IMG/VR virus record: IMGVR_UViG_3300046318_000165
Span: 26,752-90,751 of that record
Direction: 5' to 3' (one strand)
From: a virus
DNA length: 64,000 nt
Part shown: positions 10,035 to 19,881 of the stretch, one piece after another
Numbering within the stretch: position 1 is the stretch's first letter
How the letters are laid out: each line of letters opens with the position of its first letter
The notes under the pieces: generated by a model
Databases searched by the model: none
Told to the model about the DNA's origin: nothing
What the model saw: the letters and a program-made list of their open reading frames with translations, nothing else
Program-made: the position numbers and the translations under genes

Positions 10035-11057
10035 TTACGCCATTGCCACTTGCTGAACAATCTTTAGCAGACGGTTCTTCTCAGCGTTTACCATTGGGTC
10101 AAAGCCTGAAGCCGAAGCCAAGATAGACTCGTTGCTTCCGCCTCGTGAGTTACGATACCAGTCCAAACGCTCAGTTAGACCATTCAACGCACCCCAAGCA
10201 GTGCCAGCAATCATGCCATTCTGCTGTCCATTGTAAATGCTGTGAATCAAGTCAATCTTGCCGTCATGCTTTTTGAATGAACCCTTAGCGTCTTTTTCTG
10301 GGGCAGGATAAGCAAGGTTGATGATTTCCTCAAACTGCTTTTGAGTAATAGTCTTTTCAATCATAGCCTTTGCCATAAGGTCAAACTCATCCATGTAAGC
10401 ATTAGCCAATCCAAGAGCCTCACGAGCAACCGAAATCTTGCCCTCAGCAGTCTGAGTGTGGCGAATCTTGAAAGACTGCTTCGGTGCTTTGCCCTTACCC
10501 TTTAGAGCAGACAGAGCCAAGTTTAGGGTATTGGCACAGACAACACGAACAGGGGTAATGCTTGCCTGAATAGCAACAGAACCGTCATGGCTAGTATTGA
10601 TTAGCAAATAAGTCTTTACCTTATCAGACACGCCATTAGGGTCAAGGATAGTTTCACGCTCTAGTGCTAGGCTACCAAATACTTGTCTACCACCCTTGAT
10701 AGAGCCAGCAGTTTCCCAACGACCGCCGCCGTCTAGGATGTTGTCACCAAAGGCGAACAAGTCCTCATTTTGTAGAACCTTGTAACGCTCACCAACAACG
10801 CCTAGGACATCATTCTGGGTAGCGTCAAAAGGATTAGTGCGAGTAACAAAAGAATAAGTCTTGTCAGAAGCAAAAGTTTCTGGAATGGCAACATCTTCCA
10901 AGCGAACATTCCACTTGTCAAGGTGTGCTAACTCTAGCATTTTAGCGGTAGTTACTTCCTCAGTGAATACAGTGCCAAGACCATGCCAAGCAGGTTCACG
11001 CAAAGAAGCAAAAGTTGCTTCGCCAGTAGTTTGGTTGATTTCTAGTTCGTGAGCCAT
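10035..11057 (-). CDS. DUF932 / phage-plasmid-like TIGR03299 family protein
   Basis: MAHELE...EPAWHGLG...VGERY..QNE...ETAGS..GG...NSHDGS-like...PVRVVCANTL...RHT. Confidence 0.85.
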   Translation of the reverse strand: MAHELEINQTTGEATFASLREPAWHGLGTVFTEEVTTAKMLELAHLDKWNVRLEDVAIPETFASDKTYSFVTRTNPFDATQNDVLGVVGERYKVLQNEDLFAFGDNILDGGGRWETAGSIKGGRQVFGSLALERETILDPNGVSDKVKTYLLINTSHDGSVAIQASITPVRVVCANTLNLALSALKGKGKAPKQSFKIRHTQTAEGKISVAREALGLANAYMDEFDLMAKAMIEKTITQKQFEEIINLAYPAPEKDAKGSFKKHDGKIDLIHSIYNGQQNGMIAGTAWGALNGLTERLDWYRNSRGGSNESILASASGFDPMVNAEKNRLLKIVQQVAMA

Positions 11058-11213
11058 GATACCCAACTTTCTTATTAGTGATTTATTTGATAAGATAAGT
11101 ATACAGTCTACCACCGACATTTGTCAAGTTATTTAGTCTAGAATCTGGAGAATTTTTGACTAATCGTAAAGAGATCCCCTAGAAAGCTCGCAGACCGCCC
11201 GACCCCTGAAAGG

Positions 11214-11258
11214 GAGCCTTTTCACGTCATGCTCAGGACGTATGCAGACTTGCTGCAT
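11214..11258 (-). ncRNA. 3'-UTR hairpin + H-type pseudoknot motif, copy 1
   Basis: ACGTC-CTGAGCAT-GACGT-GAAAAG-GCTC, preceded by a hairpin. Confidence 0.55.
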
Positions 11259-11272
11259 GTTTTCATAGCCCC

Positions 11273-11767
11273 CTATGAAACTTCAGTAACAGAATAGATT
11301 TCCTCAACCCAACCATCTTGGATATATTCGTAGCCACTAACCGAAATATCAAGGTCACTCTCAAGTTCACTGGACATATCATCAATGGTCTTTCCAAACG
11401 GAATAGTAACATTAGTACGAATAATAATACTGAAATCAACAATAGCCTCAGTATTCAAATCAATGTCAAGGTTGTTAGCAATAGTAACGATAGTGTCATT
11501 ATCAGTATCAGCAAACTCAGCAGTCTCAACAAGAACATTCTTTACTCGCTCAATGTAGTCAGTATAGCGTCTGTTAGCATTGCTAACCAACTCTGACTTT
11601 GCGGAAAGTTCTACTCGCTTGACTTGTAGTTCATCGTTCAATGACTCAATGGTTAGTTCAAGTTCAGCAATCTTATTCTTGAACTGCTGTAGGACAGGAT
11701 GCTGGCTCTCTGCCAGAGCCTGATTGATAACATCGTTGTTTGGTCTAGTAAATACTACTTCATCCAT
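11273..11767 (-). CDS. coiled-coil hypothetical protein
   Basis: start moved to MDEVVF; heptad-rich N-terminal half. Confidence 0.65.
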   Translation of the reverse strand: MDEVVFTRPNNDVINQALAESQHPVLQQFKNKIAELELTIESLNDELQVKRVELSAKSELVSNANRRYTDYIERVKNVLVETAEFADTDNDTIVTIANNLDIDLNTEAIVDFSIIIRTNVTIPFGKTIDDMSSELESDLDISVSGYEYIQDGWVEEIYSVTEVS

Positions 11768-11967
11768 TTGGGGCTTCTTTCTCTTGATTAGTTCTATTAT
11801 AAATGGGACCACCGACATTTAGAATCCGAAGATAGAATCCAAGTCGTGAGTATGGATAGATTTAGTTGTATCGGTTTTTCCACATTTGGGGCAGGGTGGT
11901 GAAACTTCTCCTGGTTTTAGGGCAAACACAATCTTAGCGTGTTCTAATAGTCTTTGTTCCATAGTCA

Positions 11968-12165
11968 TTAGCCGTCCCATTCGGAAGTGTCTTGTCCGTT
12001 CAATACGGCTAGGGCATAGGGATACTTGCTGTTATCTCCAAGGGAATCAAGAATGTCAATCTGTTCCTCAGTAAAACTACTAAAGTTAGTAATGATAATG
12101 TCACTACCACCATAAGAACCGTCTTCGGTAATCCATAGAACGCCACTTAGTTGGTCATACGCCAT
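11968..12165 (-). CDS. small acidic protein
   Basis: RBS GAGG after promoter 12192-12213. Confidence 0.6.
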   Translation of the reverse strand: MAYDQLSGVLWITEDGSYGGSDIIITNFSSFTEEQIDILDSLGDNSKYPYALAVLNGQDTSEWDG

Positions 12166-12375
12166 TAGTTTCCTCTTTCTTTGTTATTACTATTGTAGGG
12201 CATACCACCGACATTCTGGAAAAAGTTTATGAGTTTTATAATGTCTATCGTAAACGGATCCTGGGGCAGGTGTAGTGCCCGACCCCAGCCAGAAGAAAAC
12301 CCCCATCTCGTCAGACAGGGGTTCTTGATAGTTTTATTATCAACTAACAACTTCATCACCAGACTTTGGTGCTTG

Positions 12376-12420
12376 TGAGCAGTTTAGAACCCATACTCAG
12401 GGGTTTAGGCGTGAGCCTAT
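12376..12420 (-). ncRNA. 3'-UTR hairpin + H-type pseudoknot motif, copy 2
   Basis: AACCC-CTGAGTAT-GGGTT-CTAAAC-TGCTCA. Confidence 0.6.
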
Positions 12421-12423
12421 GGT

Positions 12424-12864
12424 TTATAGCAAGTCCATTACTGAACTGTAAGTGGAAGCGTTGATTTCTTCCTGCTGAGTCATTTTGAGAACAGCAAGGT
12501 TCTTCTTGAGCAAGTCAAGACGGTTAGCGTGTTCACGACCAAGCCAAACCTTGTCGTTTGGGTTCTCTGGCTTTACAGGCTCTTCTGGCAGGGTAATCAA
12601 AGACTTGTCAATGGTTAGTTGGACATCACCACGATACGAAGTGCCAACAGACAAAGCATCATTGTCATTTAGCAAAGCAGGGTCAGAGTTGATAGCATCA
12701 ACAGCAATACGAAGAATGTTCTCCTTGTAAGCCTTGTATGCTTCCTTGTATGTCTTTAGGTCAGCAGGGTATGAAGCAATCTTTACCTCAATCTCAGCAA
12801 TCTTACCCTCAATAAGAGCAATAACGCTTGCGGTTGGAACTTTTACGGATAGAGAACGAGCCAT
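12424..12864 (-). CDS. hypothetical protein
   Basis: RBS AAGGA; promoter 12895-12916. Confidence 0.75.
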   Translation of the reverse strand: MARSLSVKVPTASVIALIEGKIAEIEVKIASYPADLKTYKEAYKAYKENILRIAVDAINSDPALLNDNDALSVGTSYRGDVQLTIDKSLITLPEEPVKPENPNDKVWLGREHANRLDLLKKNLAVLKMTQQEEINASTYSSVMDLL

Positions 12865-12932
12865 TTTATTTTCCTTTGTTTGGATTATACATTTATTATA
12901 CAGGGGGCTACCGACATTTATACTCCGAAGAG

Positions 12933-12980
12933 TGAGCAGTTATTTTTGCTAGTCATACTCAGGACTACCCCATAAAGGGA
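12933..12980 (-). ncRNA. 3'-UTR hairpin + H-type pseudoknot motif, copy 3
   Basis: TAGTC-CTGAGTAT-GACTA-GCAAAAATAAC-TGCTCA. Confidence 0.6.
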
Positions 12981-12981
12981 C

Positions 12982-13134
12982 TTACTTGACGGTTGTCCAG
13001 CGGTCAGAACCGTTCACCGAAAGGCGGACACGATACGAGCCAGACTTGTTAGCGATTACTTCCTGAACCGTTCCAACAACGCCAGACTTCTGAGTTGCGA
13101 ACTGTGAGCCAACAGTAGGGATTGAAATAGCCAT
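12982..13134 (-). CDS. small beta-rich hypothetical protein
   Basis: start moved to MAISIP after RBS AAGGAAG. Confidence 0.65.
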   Translation of the reverse strand: MAISIPTVGSQFATQKSGVVGTVQEVIANKSGSYRVRLSVNGSDRWTTVK

Positions 13135-13385
13135 TATTGCTTCCTTTGTTTGTATTTTTAGTATCAACTTTTGCTGATACTCTATTATAGCATTAGGGTC
13201 AGACATTTGTCAAGTCCATTTGGAAACTTTTTTATTTTTTATTTTCTGCTCTTTTGCTATGTTTCTATTATAGAGCATACCTCCGACATTTACAAGGGTT
13301 TCAGGAAAAAAGATCCAGGGTTTTTAATGTCTATCGTAAATAAGCTGGGAGGGAGAGGAGCCGCCCGACCCCCTTTCGGGGTAGC

Positions 13386-14105
13386 CTACTTTTTACTAGC
13401 ACTAAATAGAATGTCATTGCGATTGAATACACACTGAGAACATAGGACACAAGCAGAACCAGATTGGCTAATCATCTTTATCTTTTTGTTGTTTTCGGGG
13501 CAGGGAATAGCAGACTTAGACTGTAACTTTTCAAAGTCAGCCTTGCCAGTAGCAAAGTCCTTAGCAAGATAGGCTAACTTCACGCCATACTCTTGTTTTA
13601 GACTGATAGCCAAATCCTTGTTGGCTTCATCGGCACTAAAGTATAGGCTAAGGTTATCCATACCGATAAGGATAGGGACAGCAAAGTCTGAGCGAGTGTA
13701 TGCCCAAAACTGAACCTTTGGGAACATACGAATAACCTTTTTCCACGCTAGAGTGTATTCCTCACTAAAGAAGTCACCGTCCCAGTGAATACGGAACAAC
13801 TTTTCTGCCCCACGCTTTTCACATTCTTTTTCAAAACTTTCAATCATTTCTGATAACAAGTAAACCATTTCCAAAGCATTAGAACAAGCCTGTAGTTGCT
13901 CCCAGTTGGATAGCAGAACAGTCTTTACGCCCTTGAATACCTTTTCAAGTTTGCCAGCGTAGCAAATAGTTTCACACACGCTAGTAGCCCCAGGACAAGA
14001 GAACGCTTTACCACTAGGCAAGCCAAAAGTGTTAGCCATACTTGCCTGATTACCACCAGCGTTTACTTGATTAGCAACTTTGCGGTCTTTTGAACGAATA
14101 AGCAT
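13386..14105 (-). CDS. GP88-family (radical-SAM-like) protein
   Basis: FGLPSG...SCPGATSVC..ICYA, FRIHWDGDFFS, QFWAYTR. Confidence 0.75.
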   Translation of the reverse strand: MLIRSKDRKVANQVNAGGNQASMANTFGLPSGKAFSCPGATSVCETICYAGKLEKVFKGVKTVLLSNWEQLQACSNALEMVYLLSEMIESFEKECEKRGAEKLFRIHWDGDFFSEEYTLAWKKVIRMFPKVQFWAYTRSDFAVPILIGMDNLSLYFSADEANKDLAISLKQEYGVKLAYLAKDFATGKADFEKLQSKSAIPCPENNKKIKMISQSGSACVLCSQCVFNRNDILFSASKK

Positions 14106-14223
14106 TTTAGTCCTTTTGTTTGATAAGTCTATTTTACACCCTACCACCGACATTCTTAAAGGTTATCGTAAATAGATTCGGATCCCCAACAGCTGCCCGA
14201 CCCCCAGGGGCAGAGCCTAAGCC

Positions 14224-14553
14224 CTACTCCCAATGCTGTGTTACAAAATCCCTAAACGAATAAGTTATGTCACCAAACTCAACGGTATTGGTTTCAAAGT
14301 CAATCACCATTGGCTCATACGATTCTTCAAACTCATTCTTAGCACTAATGCCAAATCCAGTTTCCTCATACCAACTATCTCCAATAATACTACTAATGAA
14401 GATACGCATTCCATAGGTTGTATCATTCCAGCGTGGCTCTGCTTTGAATAGAGCAGTTACAGCGTCTTCCAACTTCCTATCTCCACCCCAATGTGAATAA
14501 AGAAAAATACTTCCGCTACGGTCTTTGACTTCAAATACTGTTCTTGCTCCCAT
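14224..14553 (-). CDS. hypothetical protein
   Basis: MGAR...LYSHWGG...RWND..Y..RI; promoter 14580-14601. Confidence 0.7.
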   Translation of the reverse strand: MGARTVFEVKDRSGSIFLYSHWGGDRKLEDAVTALFKAEPRWNDTTYGMRIFISSIIGDSWYEETGFGISAKNEFEESYEPMVIDFETNTVEFGDITYSFRDFVTQHWE

Positions 14554-14602
14554 TTAGTCCTGCTTTCTTTGTTACTACTATTATAGACTGACCCACCGAC
14601 AT

Positions 14603-14830
14603 TTACACGTCTTTGCTAAAGAACGCAACATCGTTTTCGTCATTTGGCTCAGTGATTATTTCAACACAGATTCCGACAGGCGATTCGCAATCTTCATTTT
14701 CACAATGCAAACGGTAGTCAGCAACCAATCCAGTACTGTAGTCAGTATACTTAGCAATAACAACTTTGTGTCCAAAGTGCTCTGCAAGTGACTCTAGGAA
14801 ATAAGTATCTCCTGATTTTACTTTACTCAT
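14603..14830 (-). CDS. hypothetical protein
   Basis: RBS AAGGA; promoter 14857-14878. Confidence 0.65.
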   Translation of the reverse strand: MSKVKSGDTYFLESLAEHFGHKVVIAKYTDYSTGLVADYRLHCENEDCESPVGICVEIITEPNDENDVAFFSKDV

Positions 14831-15118
14831 TATTCTGTCCTTTGTTTGATAATACTATTATAAACTGAACCACCGACATTTAGAGAAATTCAAAAGGGTC
14901 ACGGTCTTGGAATATGTCTTCAAAATCAGAAAAGGAATATAGCTCTGGGTTAGCGTTAAATTCTTCTAGGGCTTGTTTGATTTCTTCTGCTTGTTCATCG
15001 ATTTTATTCATATTTATATTATAAGTGATACCACCGACATTTAGGAATGGGGAAAGCTTTATCGTAACGTAAAGTTGGATCCTGGAGCAGCTAGGGGGGT
15101 CGGGCGATCGCCCTGCCC

Positions 15119-15262
15119 CTATCCCATAGCCATAAATAAACTAACTAAGAATGCTGAGATAGCGATTATCACAAAAACAAACGGTATACCAGACATTAGA
15201 GCAATCATTGCCAGAGTAAAAAGAATACCAACGCTAACAGCACGACCAATAAAATCAATCAC
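15119..15262 (-). CDS. small membrane protein (47 aa)
   Basis: manual translation MIDFIGRAVSVGILFTLAMIALMSGIPFVFVIIAISAFLVSLFMAMG. Confidence 0.5.
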   Translation of the reverse strand: MIDFIGRAVSVGILFTLAMIALMSGIPFVFVIIAISAFLVSLFMAMG

Positions 15263-15372
15263 TTATCCAACTCTCTTTTTATCTTTTCCATAGCACCAAC
15301 GATAAGACCAATGCCCATTACTGCCATAGCCAACGGTATTAGAATAACTATACCAATAAGAATAATCTCCAT
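15259..15372 (-). CDS. small membrane protein (37 aa)
   Basis: manual translation MEIILIGIVILIPLAMAVMGIGLIVGAMEKIKRELDK; coupled to both neighbours. Confidence 0.5.
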   Translation of the reverse strand: MEIILIGIVILIPLAMAVMGIGLIVGAMEKIKRELDK

Positions 15373-15596
15373 TAGAGAATACAACCCCAATCTCCAGCAT
15401 CACGAAATGCTCGCTCAATGTCCATCTCAGCCATCTCGCCCTTGTAGTATTTTGTCTTGCCGTTTAGTTTGACTTTGTAGTAGCCAAAAATGTTTAGGGC
15501 AGACCATACCGTTCCAATGTCGCTAGAGTAAGACTCACTCCACTCGCTAACATCAGAAACCTTTGTTTGTCTTGTAACATAACCTAAGTGGCTCAT
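15372..15596 (-). CDS. hypothetical protein
   Basis: RBS GAGGA. Confidence 0.6.
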   Translation of the reverse strand: MSHLGYVTRQTKVSDVSEWSESYSSDIGTVWSALNIFGYYKVKLNGKTKYYKGEMAEMDIERAFRDAGDWGCIL

Positions 15597-15869
15597 AGAC
15601 TTTCCTCCTCATACTGGCACTGGCAGGGAATAACACGAATAGAGTTATCCATTCTCGCCTCAACGAAAGCATAACCCTTACACACAGAACAAAAATACTC
15701 TTGAATCATTAGTTGCCTTTCTTGTTACTTACACTATACACTAGACCACCGACAATTACAGTTTCAAAACTATACAAGTCTTCATCGTGGCTTGGGCAGA
15801 TAGCAAAATAGCCTTTAGAAACATTCTCATAGACTACTGGCGTTTCGCAACGCTTACATACTCTTGTCA

Positions 15870-16040
15870 TTAGTAACTTTCTTGAATGGCTTTACGGTTA
15901 TTGGTTGCTCTTGTTCCCTTGCGGTTATCAGGGATAACAACGGTATGCTTTGCTTTTAGCATAGTCTGGAATAACGCTTGGGCTTCTGCCTTGCGTCTTG
16001 CTTCGTTTGCCTTGTGTAGTGGCTTAGTTCTTTTCTTCAT
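15870..16040 (-). CDS. small basic protein, leaderless
   Basis: ATG 6 nt after the TATAAT of promoter 16047-16068. Confidence 0.6.
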   Translation of the reverse strand: MKKRTKPLHKANEARRKAEAQALFQTMLKAKHTVVIPDNRKGTRATNNRKAIQESY

Positions 16041-16143
16041 AGTTTTATTATACACCACCCTACCGACATTCTGGGAAATGGGGATCTTTCACTTAATCGT
16101 AAATTGATCTTGGATCAGCGAAGCTGCCCGCCCCCCGAAGGGT

Positions 16144-16260
16144 CTAGAACGGTGGTTTCAGTTCTTCGACCCAACGGCGGTATTGGTCTAGCATATATGC
16201 CTGATATAGAATGTATCCAGCCAAAGCAACATAACCAATAGCAACAATAAACCAAATCAT
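16144..16260 (-). CDS. small membrane protein ending KPPF
   Basis: start MIWFIV after RBS AAGGA. Confidence 0.55.
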   Translation of the reverse strand: MIWFIVAIGYVALAGYILYQAYMLDQYRRWVEELKPPF

Positions 16261-16338
16261 TTTCTGTTCCTTTTCTTCTACTGTCTTACTAAAATAATAA
16301 TAACCACTGCCATAGCAAGAATAAAAATCCAAGTCATT

Positions 16339-16527
16339 TTATTCACCCCAGCAAGCGTTATCAAAACGGTCTGAGTCAAAACGCTCATTATCGTTTTCAA
16401 ACATTTCAGCAAAGTCTGCCACTAGCAAACCAAAAATGTCTTCGCCCTCTTGACCAAGTGAAACGATACTTTCACGAACATCAGAGAGAATCTTAGCAGT
16501 CTGAACATAGTCCTTGCGTGTCATCAT
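16339..16527 (-). CDS. hypothetical protein (MTRKDY...DNERFD..RF family)
   Basis: RBS GAGGTGG. Confidence 0.7.
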   Translation of the reverse strand: MMTRKDYVQTAKILSDVRESIVSLGQEGEDIFGLLVADFAEMFENDNERFDSDRFDNACWGE

Positions 16528-16735
16528 TAGTTGTCCACCTCTTGTTTTGAAAGATAGGTTAGTAGAGTGTTTAGGTCTTCGTCAGTTGCTCTTGAGGACA
16601 AGAAGCCCCAAGCCCAAGCATAGGCTTCACCGCTAGAGTAACCCCTTTCCTTTAGGGTTTCGATTATTTCGTTTTGCTTTCGCATAGTTTTCCTTTCGTT
16701 GATAGTTCTATTATAGGGGATACCACCGACATTTA

Positions 16736-16909
16736 CTAAAGCTTAGTAGAACCCTTAGCCTTAGCCATTGAGATTAGCCATTCAAGTTCATTCTGAAACT
16801 GTGGAGTGATGTCATAGTCGCAACGCTCTGCAATAGCGATGTATTCGCTAATGGTCTTTTCGATGACGGTAAGGGGCTTAGTAGCGATGTCGATAACTGA
16901 GAAGTTCAT
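16736..16909 (-). CDS. hypothetical protein (57 aa)
   Basis: manual translation MNFSVIDIATKPL...GSTKL; RBS GAAAGG; promoter 16939-16960. Confidence 0.6.
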   Translation of the reverse strand: MNFSVIDIATKPLTVIEKTISEYIAIAERCDYDITPQFQNELEWLISMAKAKGSTKL

Positions 16910-17052
16910 TAGTATTACCTTTCTTTGTAACTACTATTATTTTAGCAGACACCACCGACATTTTGGGGAAAAGATCAGGACATTTTTAATACGTTACGTA
17001 AATGTTATATGGATCACGATCGCAGCCCGACCCCTGGTTGGGGCGTGTCACC

Positions 17053-17226
17053 CTACCAGTCCTCACCACCATAGTATCCATAGTCCTCGTCAGTGCCAAA
17101 GCCAGCACTGGCTAGAGCGTCACCATCCATCCAATCCCCATCATCCTCAAAAGAGTCCTGACGGTTGAAATCGGCACAGCCGTCCCAGTCGTGTCCGCAA
17201 GCTGGGTAGTCTTCGCATCGCTTCAT
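17053..17226 (-). CDS. small acidic protein
   Basis: MKRCEDYPACGH...DALASAGFGTDEDYG. Confidence 0.65.
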   Translation of the reverse strand: MKRCEDYPACGHDWDGCADFNRQDSFEDDGDWMDGDALASAGFGTDEDYGYYGGEDW

Positions 17227-17274
17227 AGCGTGTCCTTTCGTTGATAAAATAAGTATACATTGAGCCACAGACAT

Positions 17275-17562
17275 TTACTGTTTGCGTTGCTCGTCATAGG
17301 TATAAATGATGTGGCAGTTGGCACAGAGAATACGGCACTTAGCCATTTCAGCAAGAATGAGAGCTTGAGAGTATGAAGCCATGTGGCTAGGGTGAACCAA
17401 CTTGCCATTCTTGTTGCGGAACTTGGTTTCAGGGTCAATGTGGTCAAACTGAAGTGCCAAAGGTGAAGCGTTGTAGCCACAAATCTCGCAACCCCTGTCA
17501 GTCTTATACTTGTTCATTAGGATACGGTTTGCGGTATAGCGGTCAATCTTTTTGATAGCCAT
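17275..17562 (-). CDS. HNH endonuclease
   Basis: CEICG...LQFDHIDP...KCRILCANCH. Confidence 0.8.
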   Translation of the reverse strand: MAIKKIDRYTANRILMNKYKTDRGCEICGYNASPLALQFDHIDPETKFRNKNGKLVHPSHMASYSQALILAEMAKCRILCANCHIIYTYDEQRKQ

Positions 17563-17848
17563 TAGTTTGCCTTTCGTTGATAAGACAAGTATACATTACA
17601 CCTATGACATTTACAAATTTGGGGAAAACTGGAGATCTATTTTAATATCGTAAATGAATTTGACAAAAGCTTGATCCTGTGCCCGACCACGCTGTCGGGC
17701 GTGTCGCAACTACTTTCTAAATATTTTTGCGTCAGGGTATTCTAGACGAAACATAGCCAAATCATAGGCGTGAATAGCCGAAACAACTTTAGAACCATTT
17801 AGAGTGTATTCCATTAGAGTGAACATAGTGTTCCTTTCTTTAGGGGAC

Positions 17849-17893
17849 TTATTTGCTTAGGCTCACCATTTCTGGATTATTTGCTAAGGCTCA
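17849..17893 (-). repeat. tandem 17-nt leader repeat TGAGCCTWAGCAAATAA
   Basis: two copies between promoter 17915-17936 and the RBS of a small ORF starting at ~17827. Confidence 0.7.
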
Positions 17894-18592
17894 TTCCCAT
17901 TTGTTTACTTATTTAGTTTATCAGTGACTACCGACATTTACGGCAGAGGGATTGCCCTGTGTCGCAGAATGGTTTCTGCTTGTTCTGGCGTTATGTAGGC
18001 AGACAAGATACCATACATCTTTGCGTATCGCATAGCCAGAGATTCCTCTGGATTCTCGATTTCCAAAGACTTCTCAACAAGTTGAATCATTTCGCTTACT
18101 AGCATTTATTTCTCATTTCTTTTTAGTAGTTTTAGTTTATCAGTGACTACCGACATTTATCGGTTAGGGCAACTGACAAAGTGGGCTTCAAAGTTGAACA
18201 TTAGGGCAGACTTGTTTTTACCAACAATAACCTTTCCACACAGACACTCAAAGTCGTAGTGTGTATCTACATAGTCTGCCATAACCCAAGCGTAGTTTGA
18301 AGCGGTGATTAGTTGTTCGTTGAAGTTCATTTATTTCTCATTTCTTTTTATCTATTTATACTCTATACCATACCACCGACATTTACGATGATTTGGAGCC
18401 AACAAGTGGCTAAAAAACGGTTACATTTTGGTTACGCTTTCCGCACTCTTTGTTGGCTTTATCTCTGTTTTCTTCATATTTATACTGTATCAGACCCCAC
18501 CGACATTTACAGAGCTTTTAGATAAATAAATGGCTAAGAAATGGCTAAAAAATGATCAAGTTTTGGGAACATTCTTAAGCTTACGTAAATAG

Positions 18593-18613
18593 TTATCCAC
18601 AGAGTTATCCACA
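18593..18613 (+). promoter_or_regulatory. tandem perfect DnaA boxes
   Basis: TTATCCACA-GAG-TTATCCACA inside a spacer module. Confidence 0.75.
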
Positions 18614-18663
18614 GACCGCCCGACCACGCTTTCGGGCGTGTCGCCCTCCAGGTGGGGATCCGT

Positions 18664-18756
18664 TTAGAACGGTGGCTTATTGGCAAGGTAGTGACCAAAA
18701 AGCTTTGCATTGAAAGCCATTGATACTGCTAGGGTTGCGATTAGGATTGATACCAT
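18664..18756 (-). CDS. small membrane peptide (30 aa) ending KPPF
   Basis: manual translation MVSILIATLAVSMAFNAKLFGHYLANKPPF; RBS AAGGA. Confidence 0.5.
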   Translation of the reverse strand: MVSILIATLAVSMAFNAKLFGHYLANKPPF

Positions 18757-19473
18757 TTTTCTGTCCTTTACTGATTGAGTAGAATAACGATTACTGCTAA
18801 GACTATGATAGCAAATACCCCAGACATTTTAGAGTTTGCCCCCATTTGCCTTGATAAACTTTACAAGGTATAGGCTACGGTCTAAGTCTGCCATTGGCAC
18901 ATAGTCTGCTTCTTTGGCTTCACGCACTAGGCGGTTTAGTTCAAGTTTTGCTTGCTTTACGGTCATTAGATTTTCCTTTGTTTGGTTATTTATAGACTAG
19001 CACTACCCAGCGACATTTTCCTTTTTTCTAATGCCAGTTCTAGTCTGGCGATTCGTTCCTGCTGTCGCTTGTCATAGGCTTCTAGTCGCTTTGCCATAGC
19101 GATTTCTAGGCTCTTGATGTATTCTGCTTTAGTCATTTTATTTCTCATTTCTTTTGTTACTTATACTTTATCAGTAGCCACCGACAAAGTGGATTAGACT
19201 CTGCCACCAAGTGACTTGACGGTCTGAGTCAAGAGCATTAGTTCACGCTCAAACTTTGGGGTAAGGTTGTAGTCTGACTGGATAGCCAGAGCAACCATAC
19301 GGTCATACTCTGCCTGTAGGTCTGATAGGGACTTGATGTTCATTGGGATTACCTTTCTTTCTAACTACTATTACTCTAACACATACCACCGACATTTACG
19401 CCCCTTTTAGGTAACAAAATGGTTACAATATGGCTAGAATCTGGACAATCTTAAAAAGCTACGTAAAAGCTTT

Positions 19474-19489
19474 TCGAACAAATTTTCGA
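19474..19489. promoter_or_regulatory. candidate LexA (SOS) box
   Basis: TCGAAC-AAAT-TTTCGA, one mismatch to actinobacterial TCGAAC-N4-GTTCGA. Confidence 0.65.
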
Positions 19490-19539
19490 AACCGCCCGAC
19501 CACGCTTTCGGGCGTGTCGCCCTCCAGGTGGCGGTAGGT

Positions 19540-19662
19540 CTAGAACAGACCCTCAGCCTTTGCTACAAGGTATAGAGCCAATGCCCCAAGGTTCAAAAAG
19601 ATTACTGCTGTAAATACGATAGCAACTACTGCATCCTGTAAGTCAATCTGCTTGTTTTCCAT
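19540..19662 (-). CDS. small membrane protein (40 aa)
   Basis: manual translation MENKQIDLQDAVVAIVFTAVIFLNLGALALYLVAKAEGLF; RBS AAGGA. Confidence 0.5.
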   Translation of the reverse strand: MENKQIDLQDAVVAIVFTAVIFLNLGALALYLVAKAEGLF

Positions 19663-19685
19663 TTTTCATTCCTTTGTTTATTGAG

Positions 19686-19788
19686 TGAGCAGTGCTGGAA
19701 TCGAACCAACTTGTATATAGATTCTCTTTATAAGTAAAGCTTTGGTGTAAGCAATCTGTCTATCCCCATACCATTTGGGTTACTGCCC
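19686..19788 (-). ncRNA. tRNA-like RNA with enlarged anticodon domain, copy 1
   Basis: acceptor GGGCAGT/ACTGCTC+A; D-arm CCCA-AATGGTA-TGGG; T-arm GTTGG-TTCGATT-CCAGC; ~50-nt central insert; own promoter 19807-19828. Confidence 0.75.
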
Positions 19789-19881
19789 TTATTGATTTGT
19801 AGTTTTAGTTTATCCTATGTCACCGACATTTACACGTCTACTTGGTAACTTTTTGATAACATTTTCTTTTTAGTTTTTTTG

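Noticed and set aside
12295-12330. Hammerhead ribozyme (CTGACGAG on the minus strand)
   Set aside because: No GAAA core or three-stem junction; it folds as one GC-rich hairpin with a U tract, consistent with a terminator.
9988-15118. KOPS-like GGGCAGGG sites
   Set aside because: Few copies in mixed orientation; not distinguishable from chance.
8405-17274. ORF-track N-terminal extensions beginning MSVV/MSVA/MSDP (starts at 8450, 11120, 11818, 13206, 14153, 17274) as a shared leader peptide
   Set aside because: The ATG belongs to the AATGTC promoter element upstream of the -10. The real starts lie downstream, after clear RBSs.
18805-18826. Additional PafBC-type promoter TGTCTG-N10-TATCAT
   Set aside because: It coincides with the start codon and coding sequence of a small membrane ORF, so it may be chance; not counted.
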